The position numbers were made by a program, and so were the translations under genes. A DNA stretch of 64,000 bases, from positions 1,568,001-1,632,000 of the forward strand of contig CAVZZO010000003.1 of assembly GCA_963779755.1 (NCBI GenBank), written 5' to 3'. The DNA is from an uncultured Gemmatimonadales bacterium (GTDB lineage: Bacteria > Gemmatimonadota > Gemmatimonadetes > Gemmatimonadales > GWC2-71-9). Under the pieces are notes generated by a model. It saw only the letters and a program-made list of their open reading frames with translations. It had not been told where the DNA came from and did no database searches. The first letter of the stretch is position 1. Each line of letters opens with the position of its first letter. Shown here in pieces: positions 17,996-26,549 of this stretch.

Positions 17996-18460
17996 ATGTC
18001 CTCACCTCTGTTCTCCTCGCTCGCCGGCGTCCCCAATCTTTCGGAGCTCGAGCCCACCCTGCTGGTGGGCGGCCAGCCCTCCGCCGACCACCTGCGCGCC
18101 TTCCGGGAGGCCGGCGGGGCGATCGTTCTGGACATCCGCGACCCGATGGAACCGCGGCCCATGGAGGATGAGCGCGAGCTGGTGGAATCGCTGGGTATGC
18201 GCTACGAGAACATCCCGGTCTCCGGCGGTGTGGACGACGCGCTGCTGGAACGGATTCTCACCGTGATCCGCTCGGCCGGAGAGCAGTCGCTGCTCTTCCA
18301 CTGCAACAGCGGCAACCGCTGCGGCGCGGCCGTCATCGCCCACTGCATGCTGGACCTGAACATGGACGAAGAGGCAGCGGTCACCGAGGCGATGCGCAGC
18401 GGGCTGCGCAGCCCGGAAATCCTCCAGTGGGGACTGACGTACGTCGAGAGCCACCGCTGA
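17996..18460 (+). CDS. Protein tyrosine phosphatase-like / DUF442 sulfurtransferase
   Basis: GGQP motif and HCNSGNR (CX5R-like) loop. Confidence 0.8.
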   Translation: MSSPLFSSLAGVPNLSELEPTLLVGGQPSADHLRAFREAGGAIVLDIRDPMEPRPMEDERELVESLGMRYENIPVSGGVDDALLERILTVIRSAGEQSLLFHCNSGNRCGAAVIAHCMLDLNMDEEAAVTEAMRSGLRSPEILQWGLTYVESHR

Positions 18461-18467
18461 CCACTCG

Positions 18468-18554
18468 CGACCTCTCGACCCTCTCGACCCTCTCGACCCT
18501 CTCGACCCTCTCGACCCTCTCGACCCCCTCGACCCCCTCGACCCCCTCGACCCT
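18468..18554. repeat. Nonamer tandem array (CCCTCTCGA / CCCCCTCGA)
   Basis: About 9 units with a 9-bp period. Confidence 0.9.
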
Positions 18555-18679
18555 GCTATACAACTGACACGAGCAGTGTGCCATAAGATCCTGCGACGCC
18601 TCACCCCGCCATCCTTGCACGCCTGAAACCTCACGGCACTCGCGGCCGTCCGTCGCGTGTCCCCACGACGGAGCCGCCC

Positions 18680-20560
18680 GTGATCCCCCGTGTCTCCAGC
18701 GGCCTTCTGGCGGCCGCCCTGCTCGCCGCCTGCCAGTCCGCTCCCGGCGGACAACCCGCTATCCCGGTTGCCATGTTCCGGGGCGATGCCGCCCACAGCG
18801 GGAATTATCCCGGCAGTAGCGATACTTCGTTCGGTGGGCTCCTCTGGCGGGTGCAGACGGGCGGAGCGGTGCATTCGACACCCGTCATGGCGGCGGGCAT
18901 GGTCTACGCCGGCAGCGGCGATCACTACCTCTACGCCATCGATGCCGCCAACGGCGTGGTGCGGTGGCGCTACCGCGCGGCCGGGGCAATCCAGTCTTCG
19001 CCCGCGGTCGCCCGCGGCACGGTCTTCTTCGTGGATCGCGCCGACACCCTCTACGCGCTGGACGCGCACGACGGCACCCGGCGGTGGGCGCGCGGCTTCG
19101 GCCACCCGCTGCCGCTTCCCTGGGGCCACGAGAGCGGCGACCGCTACACCTCGAGCCCGGCGGTCTACGGTACCGATCTCCTGGTGGGCGGCCGCGACGG
19201 CGGACTCTACCGGATCCGGGCCGGCGACGGCCACGTGGTCTGGCGCTACCAGGCCGACGGGCAGATCTGGGACTCTCCCGCCGTGCGCGATTCGCTGGTG
19301 TACGCCGGGGCGACCGACGGGGTGGTCTACGGCGTCAGCCTGGCCGATGGAAAACAGCGCTGGCGCTTCGGCACCCTGGGCCAGACCCTGGGCTCCGACA
19401 CCTTCGGGTTCGACCGCCGCACCGTACAGTCCTCACCCGCCGTCTCCGACTCCACCGTCTTTATCGGCGCACGCGACGGCTTCCTCTACGCCCTGAACCG
19501 CCTCACCGGCGCGCCGCGCTGGCACTACGACCACGACGTCTCCTGGGTCAACACCTCTCCCGCGCTGGCCGGCGGGCTGGTCTTCGACGGCAGTTCCGAC
19601 GGCCGCTTTGTTCAGGCGGTCGACGCCGTCACCGGGGAGGAACGGTGGCGCGACACCACCGACGGCATCGTCTGGTCGTCACCCGCCGTGGCGGAGAACA
19701 TCGTCTTCGCAGGAGACGGCGCCGGGAACCTCCTGGCCCTGGACCGGGCCACCGGGAGGCAGCGTTGGCGCTACCGCGCGGGCGGGGGGATTTACTCCTC
19801 GCCGGTCCCCGGCCCCGGAATGCTCTGCTTCGGCAGTGTGGACGGCGCGATTTACGCCGTACGCCTGCGGAGCGGGCCGGCACTGGACCGCGCGGTCTTC
19901 TGGGACAGTACCGTGGTGCACGGCGGGTGGTTCGCCCAGCACGCCACGGTGCGGGACTTTCTGGCGGGGCAGGATTACCGGCAGCTCGACAGCCGCGGCC
20001 TCATCGGCTTTCTCCAAGCCCACAGCGCCGATGGTGTTCCCAGTGTCGTGGTCTTCGCGCTGGACTACCTCCCGCCCGAGGCCGCGGCCGGCGACAGCCT
20101 GTCCCTGTTCCGGCGCTACCTCGAGGCCGGCGGGAAAGTGGTCTGGCTGGGGGTGCCGCCGCTGCTCTTCCCCCGCGATCCCGCCAGCGGCCGCACCGAT
20201 CTGAGCCGCATCGACCGCTCCGGGCCCGCCCGGCTGCTGGGCGTGACGCACCAGGGCGGGAACTTCGATCCGGTCAGCGCCTCGCCCACCGACGCGGCCC
20301 GGCGCTGGGGCATCGAGGACTGGTGGATCAGCAACTGGTCGGCCGACCCGCAGTCGGTGAGCACCGTGCTGGCGCGCGATGAAATGGGCTTGGCGGCGGC
20401 CTGGGTGAAATCCTACGGCGGGCCCCCGGGAACCGGGTTCGTGCGTCTCTACGGGGGCCAGTGGCAGGGCGGCATGTCGCGGGCGCAGCTGCTGACGGTG
20501 CAGGCGGCGGCGGAGTATATGCCGAGGGGCAAGAAGGAAGAAGTGAGAAGTAAGAAGTAA
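18680..20560 (+). CDS. PQQ-binding-like beta-propeller lipoprotein (BamB-like repeats) with a C-terminal domain
   Basis: Lipobox LAAC; repeated SSPAV...GS.DG.LYA.D..TG..RW units. Confidence 0.85.
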   Translation: MIPRVSSGLLAAALLAACQSAPGGQPAIPVAMFRGDAAHSGNYPGSSDTSFGGLLWRVQTGGAVHSTPVMAAGMVYAGSGDHYLYAIDAANGVVRWRYRAAGAIQSSPAVARGTVFFVDRADTLYALDAHDGTRRWARGFGHPLPLPWGHESGDRYTSSPAVYGTDLLVGGRDGGLYRIRAGDGHVVWRYQADGQIWDSPAVRDSLVYAGATDGVVYGVSLADGKQRWRFGTLGQTLGSDTFGFDRRTVQSSPAVSDSTVFIGARDGFLYALNRLTGAPRWHYDHDVSWVNTSPALAGGLVFDGSSDGRFVQAVDAVTGEERWRDTTDGIVWSSPAVAENIVFAGDGAGNLLALDRATGRQRWRYRAGGGIYSSPVPGPGMLCFGSVDGAIYAVRLRSGPALDRAVFWDSTVVHGGWFAQHATVRDFLAGQDYRQLDSRGLIGFLQAHSADGVPSVVVFALDYLPPEAAAGDSLSLFRRYLEAGGKVVWLGVPPLLFPRDPASGRTDLSRIDRSGPARLLGVTHQGGNFDPVSASPTDAARRWGIEDWWISNWSADPQSVSTVLARDEMGLAAAWVKSYGGPPGTGFVRLYGGQWQGGMSRAQLLTVQAAAEYMPRGKKEEVRSKK

Positions 20561-20655
20561 GGGGTAAGGGGTAAGGCGTCCCGCTCCACCTCTTACTTCT
20601 TACTTCTTACTCCTTACTTCTTACTTCTCACGTCTCACGCCTCACGCCTTACGCC
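20535..20655. repeat. Inverted heptamer arrays (AAGAAGT)n / (CTTACTT)n and (CTCACGC)n between convergent genes
   Basis: aagaagtgagaagtaagaagtaag ... cttacttcttacttcttac. Confidence 0.85.
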
Positions 20656-20665
20656 TTCCGGCGGT

Positions 20666-21073
20666 TCAGATCTCCCGTCCCCCGCTCCAGCGGTGCCAGT
20701 ACATCCGCATCTCGCTGATGAGATGGCCTTCGGTTTCGCAGAAGATGGCCCCGCGGGCATCCACCCAGTCTCCGCTGCGACGGCGGCGGAAGGTGCACTT
20801 GAACTCCGTGGCGAACCACGGCCCCACCGTGAAGATCTCGCCGCCGGTAAAGGTCACTTCCGACTGGTTGTACGGCAGATCTTTCCAGTAGTCGCGAATC
20901 GCTTCCGTCCCCTCGAGAGGCGGCGTGAACGGGGTCGCGAGGAAGCGCGCGTTGGGCGTGAACACCGATACGATGGTGTCGGCGTTGCAGCGGCTCCAGC
21001 CCTGGCCGAACGTCTCGATCAGGGCCGCGCCCAGGGCGCGCAGGTCTTCCGGGGAGGATGGGCTCGTGGACAT
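20666..21073 (-). CDS. SnoaL/NTF2-like protein
   Basis: VFTPNARF...GTEAIRDYW...ISEMRMYW pattern. Confidence 0.8.
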   Translation of the reverse strand: MSTSPSSPEDLRALGAALIETFGQGWSRCNADTIVSVFTPNARFLATPFTPPLEGTEAIRDYWKDLPYNQSEVTFTGGEIFTVGPWFATEFKCTFRRRRSGDWVDARGAIFCETEGHLISEMRMYWHRWSGGREI

Positions 21074-21120
21074 GAGGGCGGTCGGCAGACCGGACAGCGG
21101 GGATTATGTTCCTCGGGACG

Positions 21121-23760
21121 ATGCTCCCCAAGATAATCGGCCGCCTGCTGCGCTGCCTTGCGCTGCTCTGCCTCCCGGCGGGGGAGCTTCAGGGCCAGAC
21201 GCCCTGCCCTGCCTCCGCCGGGGAAGCGGTGGCGTCCGGCTGGCAGGCGTACCGCGCCGATTCCATCGGCCGGGCGGAGGATCTCTTCTCCCGCGCCGAC
21301 CGCGCCTGCCGCCGGAACCTGGATGCCAAGGTGGGCCTGGGATACACCGCCCTCCGGCAACAGCGGCTCGATCGGGCCGATTCACTGTTTCTCCTGGTGA
21401 TCCGCGCCGACACCGCCAACGCCGACGCCTGGGAGGGGCGCGCCCTGGTGGCCAACCGCCGGGGCGACGTAAAGGGGGCGGTCGCCGCCCTGCGCCGGGT
21501 GGTCGCCCTGGCTCCCGGCAACCAGCCGGCCCGCAGGCTGCTGGACCGGCTGGCGCCGGCGGAGCGGCCGCCGCGCCTCCCGGTGCGCATCCCGGACACG
21601 CTCACCGCGGAGGCGCGGGTGCGGGGCGAACACTTCGAAGTACCCGGACCGAACGGCTGGCAGCCGTTCTATATCAAGGGGCTCAACTTCGGCGTGGCCC
21701 TGCCGGGCCGGTTTCCCAGCCAGTTCCCCACCGACTCCGGTCTCTACGCCGCCTGGCTCGACACGCTCGCCGGCATGCACGGCAACACGGTGCGGCTCTA
21801 CACCATCCTGCCGCCGGAGTTCTATCGCGCGTTGCGGGGACACAACCTTGCCCACCCGGATGCGCCCCTCTGGCTCATCCATGGAGTGTGGACCGAGCTG
21901 CCGCCCCGGGACGATTTCGAGGACTCCGCCTGGCAGGCGGAGTTCCATCAGGAGATGGAACGCGTGGCGGGTGTGATCCACGGCGCGGTAGACATCGCCC
22001 CCCGCCCCGGGCATGCTGCCGGGCACTACGATGCGGATATCTCCCGCTGGACCCTGGGCTATATCATCGGCCGGGAATGGGAGCCCTACGCGGTGACGTC
22101 CTTCGACTCGGCGCGGGCCGGCAGCATCGGCCGGTACGACGGGGAGTACCTCATGGCCGAAGGCCCCCCGATGGACGTGTGGCTGGCGCGGCAGTGCGAC
22201 TATCTCCTTTCATACGAAGCCTCGCGCTACCGCACCATCCGCCCCATCGCCTATACCAACTGGCCCACGCTCGACCCGCTCAGCCATCCGACCGAGGCCT
22301 CCGTGGCCGAGGAGCAGGTGTGGCGCGAGAAGGCGGGTCGGCCGCTGGCGTCGCCCACCCATGAGTATGACAACGACGTGATCGGCCTGGATGCCAACCT
22401 GGTGCAGCCGACCGCCGCCAACCCCGCGGGCTGGTTCGCCTCCTATCATGCCTATCCCTACTACCCCGATTTCATGCTGTACGATCCGGGCTACGGCGAG
22501 GCCCGCTCACCCGAAGGTCCCAGCAACTACTTCGGTTACCTGGAGGACCTGCGCCGCTACCATAAGGGCCTGCCGCTGGTGATCGCGGAATACGGGGTGC
22601 CCTCGAGCCGCGGGATGGCGCACCTCCAGCCCCAGGGCTGGACCCACGGCGGCCACGACGAGCGCTCCATGGCGGAGATCGACGCGCGGCTCACCCGCGA
22701 GATCCGGCAGAGCGGCGCCGCCGGCGGGATCCTCTTCGCCCTGATAGACGAGTGGTTCAAGAAAAACTGGGTGGTGGTGGATCTGGAACAGCCCGCGGAA
22801 CGGAACCGCCTCTGGCACAACGTCATGGACGCAGAGCAGAATTACGGCGTGCTGGGGATGTATGCCGGCGCGGCCGATTCCGCCCCCCGCCTGGGCGGCG
22901 ATCCCGCGGCCTGGACGCGCGGCGGCCCCCTGGAACTTGCCCGGGGACTCGGCCCGGCTTTCGGCCCCCACGGGCTCTACGTGCAGTCGGACGAAAGCGC
23001 GATCCATCTGGCGCTCAGCCTGAGGGGCGCCGGCGGCCGCCCCTTCCCCTGGGATTCGCTCCATATACTCCTCGCCATCGATACCTACCTGCCGGGCCAG
23101 GGCCAGCACCGGCTGCCCGACCGCCTGGCCACCAGCGACCTCGGGTTCGAGTTCCTGGCCCGTTTCGACGGCCCCGGAGATGCCCGGCTGGACATCCTGC
23201 CGGACTACAATCCCTATGCCGGCCCACCCGGCCCGACGGGTGACGACATGGGGCGGTTCTATCATCGCCCGGTGACCATCCGCGACCGCTGGGATGGGCG
23301 GTTCGACAGCCTGTACGTGACGGTCAACCGCGCGCGCTTCGGACGGGACGGGACATTCTTCCCGGCGCGCGGGTACAACCGGGGCCGGCTGCGCTTCGGC
23401 ACGGCCGCCGAGTCGTCGCTGTCGGACTGGTACTATGACAGGCAATCCGGACTGCTGGAGCTGCGCCTTCCCTGGATGCTGCTCAACGTCTCCGACCCGT
23501 CTTCGGCGACGGTGCTCTTCGAGCGGCAGATCCGGCCCGACTTCGGGACCGCGCAGACCACCGGTTTTCACTTCGGCGCGCTGGTCTACCGGCCGGGCAG
23601 AGGGCCGGCGCCGTTCGCCGCGCTGCCGCTCCTCCGGGAGGGCCGCTGGCGCAGCGGCGATTTCCCGGCCTGGACATGGAAGACCTGGGAGGTGCCCCAT
23701 TACCATGAGGGAGCGAAGGCCGCGATCGAGGCAATGCGGGAGGCCTGGGGCGAGAGGTGA
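21121..23760 (+). CDS. Secreted TPR plus glycoside hydrolase (GH2-like TIM barrel) protein
   Basis: Signal peptide, TPR helices, IKGLNFG, NTVRLYT, GREWEP, SYHAYPYYPDF, IAEYGVP and DEWFK motifs. Confidence 0.75.
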   Translation: MLPKIIGRLLRCLALLCLPAGELQGQTPCPASAGEAVASGWQAYRADSIGRAEDLFSRADRACRRNLDAKVGLGYTALRQQRLDRADSLFLLVIRADTANADAWEGRALVANRRGDVKGAVAALRRVVALAPGNQPARRLLDRLAPAERPPRLPVRIPDTLTAEARVRGEHFEVPGPNGWQPFYIKGLNFGVALPGRFPSQFPTDSGLYAAWLDTLAGMHGNTVRLYTILPPEFYRALRGHNLAHPDAPLWLIHGVWTELPPRDDFEDSAWQAEFHQEMERVAGVIHGAVDIAPRPGHAAGHYDADISRWTLGYIIGREWEPYAVTSFDSARAGSIGRYDGEYLMAEGPPMDVWLARQCDYLLSYEASRYRTIRPIAYTNWPTLDPLSHPTEASVAEEQVWREKAGRPLASPTHEYDNDVIGLDANLVQPTAANPAGWFASYHAYPYYPDFMLYDPGYGEARSPEGPSNYFGYLEDLRRYHKGLPLVIAEYGVPSSRGMAHLQPQGWTHGGHDERSMAEIDARLTREIRQSGAAGGILFALIDEWFKKNWVVVDLEQPAERNRLWHNVMDAEQNYGVLGMYAGAADSAPRLGGDPAAWTRGGPLELARGLGPAFGPHGLYVQSDESAIHLALSLRGAGGRPFPWDSLHILLAIDTYLPGQGQHRLPDRLATSDLGFEFLARFDGPGDARLDILPDYNPYAGPPGPTGDDMGRFYHRPVTIRDRWDGRFDSLYVTVNRARFGRDGTFFPARGYNRGRLRFGTAAESSLSDWYYDRQSGLLELRLPWMLLNVSDPSSATVLFERQIRPDFGTAQTTGFHFGALVYRPGRGPAPFAALPLLREGRWRSGDFPAWTWKTWEVPHYHEGAKAAIEAMREAWGER

Positions 23761-23852
23761 GGCGTGAGGCGTGAGGCGTGAGGCGTGAGCAGGGAAACGG
23801 GAAAGGGAGAGAATGGGAAGAGCCAGGGCAGGGATCGGGAATCAGGAATCAG

Positions 23853-25469
23853 GAATGGGGAGCGTCACCGCCACCCGCTCCCGATTCCTGATTCCTCGTC
23901 CCACCTTGCGACCGGCACTACTGCTTGCATCTCTACTGATCCTGCCGGCCGCCCGACTGGCCGCCCAGATCCCGGCGGCCGATTCGGCCTTCGCGGCCGG
24001 GAGCTTCGCCGCCGCCAAACGGCTCTACGAGCAGGTGCTCCAGTCCGATCCCCGGAATGCCCGGGCCCTCTACCGGCTGGGCGTGCTCGCCTCCTGGGAC
24101 GGGAAGCTCGACTCCGCCCTGGTGCTGCTCCGCCGGGCGCGCGCGGGAGGAGCCGGATGAGCCGGACCTGATGAACGCTGAGGCGCGCGTGCTCTCCTGG
24201 GCGGCGCGCTACGGCCCGGCCGTGCGCCTCTACGACAGTGTGCTGGTCGCTCATCCCGACAATACCGATGCGGCGGTCGGCAAGGCGCGAACGCTGGCGT
24301 GGGCCAATCAGCTGGGCCGGGCCGACAGTGCCTTTGCGGCGATTCTGGCGCGCCAGCCCTACAACGAGGAAGCACGGGTCGGCCGGGCACAGACGGAATC
24401 GTGGCGGGGCGATTTCACCAGCGCGGTCGCAGGATATCGCGCCGCGCTGGAACGGGACAGCAGCAACGTCGCCGCCCGGACGGGGCTCGCCCAGGTATAT
24501 CTCTGGCAGGGCCGCTACTTCGATGCCCGGCGCGAGATCCGGCGTTCCTGGGCCCTCGACACCAATCATCATGATACGCGGTTGCTGCGGCAGCAGATCC
24601 GGGCCTCCATCCGGCCCCAGGTCGAAGGTACCGCAGCCTGGAACCGCGATTCCGACCACAACACCAGCTGGTGGCAGACGCTGACCACTTCGCTCGCCCT
24701 GGCCAACCGGCTGCGCGGGTTTGCCCAGGCGGGCCTGCTGGAAGCGAGCGATCCGGTCCGGAACGCCACCCGGCTGAGCGGCGAAGCCGGCCTGTCCTGG
24801 GTGCCCGGCAACACCCACGTGACGGTGGCGGGCGGCGCCCGCCGGCTCGAGCCGGACAGCGCCCCCGCGCGGACCGAGCCGACCTACCGGGCATCCATCG
24901 GCTATCGTTTCCTGCCGACGGCGGGGATCGGTGCCGGGTACGCCCACTATCCCTTCGACGAAACCGCGCTGCTGATCGGACGCCACCTGGACGTGGACGA
25001 GGTCTCGGCGGACGGCGACTGGACCATCCGGCGCGGACTGTCGCTGGGCGCCGGCGCGTCCCGCGCCTGGTTCAGCGACAACAACACCCGCACGGCCGGC
25101 GTGCTGGCCCTGACCCAGACGGTGCAGCGGCGCTTCTTTCTCGGCGCCTTCGGCCGGGTCATGGAGTATGACTTCAAGGGCTTCGGCTACTTCTCGCCCG
25201 ACCGGTTCAGCCTGCTCGAGGGCCGGGGCGGGTATGTCTATGAGGGGCCGGTGTGGACCGCGCGGCTCAGTGGCGGGCTGGGCATTCAGCAGATCGCGAA
25301 GGGAGCCGCCAGCCAGAGCGAGTGGCATCTGGAGGCGCGTCTGGGCCGGGCCTGGGGCGTGGCCAACGCGGTGGAGGTCTTCGGCGGCATTACCAACAGC
25401 GCCGCCTCGAGCACCACCGGAGCGTTCCGGTACGGCACGGCGGGCGTTACTATCCGGCTCGGTCTGTAG
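23853..25469 (+). CDS. TPR protein with C-terminal beta-barrel-like domain; +1 frameshift near 24146
   Basis: ORFs 23813-24160 and 24057-25469 join as ...RRARA/EEPDEPD if one G is removed from gcgggagg. TPR motifs are followed by alternating beta-strand patterns. Confidence 0.7.
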
Positions 25470-25504
25470 ATCCCGACATCGGCGCTCGTCACGGAGGCAG
25501 CGGC

Positions 25505-26407
25505 ATGGCCGGCAAAGTCCTGCGGTGGCTGGGTATTATCGTGGCGGCGGTGGTCGTGCTCATCGTGGTGGCGGTGGGGTCGATCTACCTGCTCAGCTCC
25601 CGCCGCCTGGCAAAGACCTGGAAGATCACCCCGGAGAGCGTTGTCGTCCCCACCGACTCGGCCAGCGTCGAATACGGCCGGCACCTCGCCACCGCGCGGC
25701 TCGGCTGCGCCGATTGCCATACCGCCGATCTCGGCGGACAGGTGATGATCAACGACGGCGCCTTCGGCCGCTTCGTACCGGCCAACCTGACGCGCGGGCA
25801 GGGCGGCGTCGGCGGACACTACACCAGCGAGGACTGGGTTCGCCTGCTCCGGCACGGTGTCCGCCCCAACGGTACCGCCGTCACCCTGATGCCGGTCCAG
25901 GTCATCGCCGGACTCAGCGACCACGATCTGGGCGCGCTCATCGCCTACCTCGAGTCGGTCCCTCCGGTGGACCGCGAGCTGCCGCCCAGCAAGCCCGGGC
26001 CGATCGCCCGGATGCTGCTGGTCACCAACAAGGCGCCCCTCATTCCGGCCGAGGTCGTGAATCATGTCACCCGCCAGCCGGCCGTCGGGCCCGCGGTCAC
26101 CGCCGAGTACGGTCAATACCTGGTGGAGACCAGCGGGTGCCGGGAATGCCACGGCCAGCATCTGAGCGGCGGCAAGGTCGGGGGCGATCCGTCATCCCCC
26201 GCCGCGACCAATCTCACCCCCACCGGCCTGGGCGGCTGGAGCGAGGCGGACTTCTTTCAGTCGCTGCGCCAGGGCAAGCGCCCCGACGGAACCGCCATCA
26301 GCGACTACATGCCCTGGAAATCGTTCGGGAAGATGACCGACGACGAGCTGAAGGCGGTATGGCTGTATCTCCAGACCGTTCCGGCGCGGCCTACGGGACA
26401 GGGCTAG
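25505..26407 (+). CDS. Diheme cytochrome c, membrane anchored
   Basis: CADCH and CRECH motifs, NLT motifs, N-terminal TM, GGAGG RBS. Confidence 0.9.
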   Translation: MAGKVLRWLGIIVAAVVVLIVVAVGSIYLLSSRRLAKTWKITPESVVVPTDSASVEYGRHLATARLGCADCHTADLGGQVMINDGAFGRFVPANLTRGQGGVGGHYTSEDWVRLLRHGVRPNGTAVTLMPVQVIAGLSDHDLGALIAYLESVPPVDRELPPSKPGPIARMLLVTNKAPLIPAEVVNHVTRQPAVGPAVTAEYGQYLVETSGCRECHGQHLSGGKVGGDPSSPAATNLTPTGLGGWSEADFFQSLRQGKRPDGTAISDYMPWKSFGKMTDDELKAVWLYLQTVPARPTGQG

Positions 26408-26417
26408 GGTCCGGAAC

Positions 26418-26549
26418 GGTCAGACATGCCTGAGGAGTGGTCAGACATGCCTGAGGAGTGGTCAGACATGCCTGAGGAGTGGTCAGACATGCCTGAGGAG
26501 TGGTCAGACATGCCTGAGGAGTGGTCAGGCATGCCTGACCACTCCTCAG
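26418..26549. repeat. 21-bp tandem repeat x5 ending in a perfect 36-bp palindrome
   Basis: (GGTCAGACATGCCTGAGGAGT)x5 at 26418-26522; CTGAGGAGTGGTCAGGCATGCCTGACCACTCCTCAG at 26514-26549. Confidence 0.95.

Noticed and set aside
26418..26549. CRISPR array, or the MPEEWSD-repeat ORF 26426-26869
   Set aside because: Repeats are contiguous with no spacers and there are no cas genes. The ORF is a translation of the repeat plus antisense kinase sequence.
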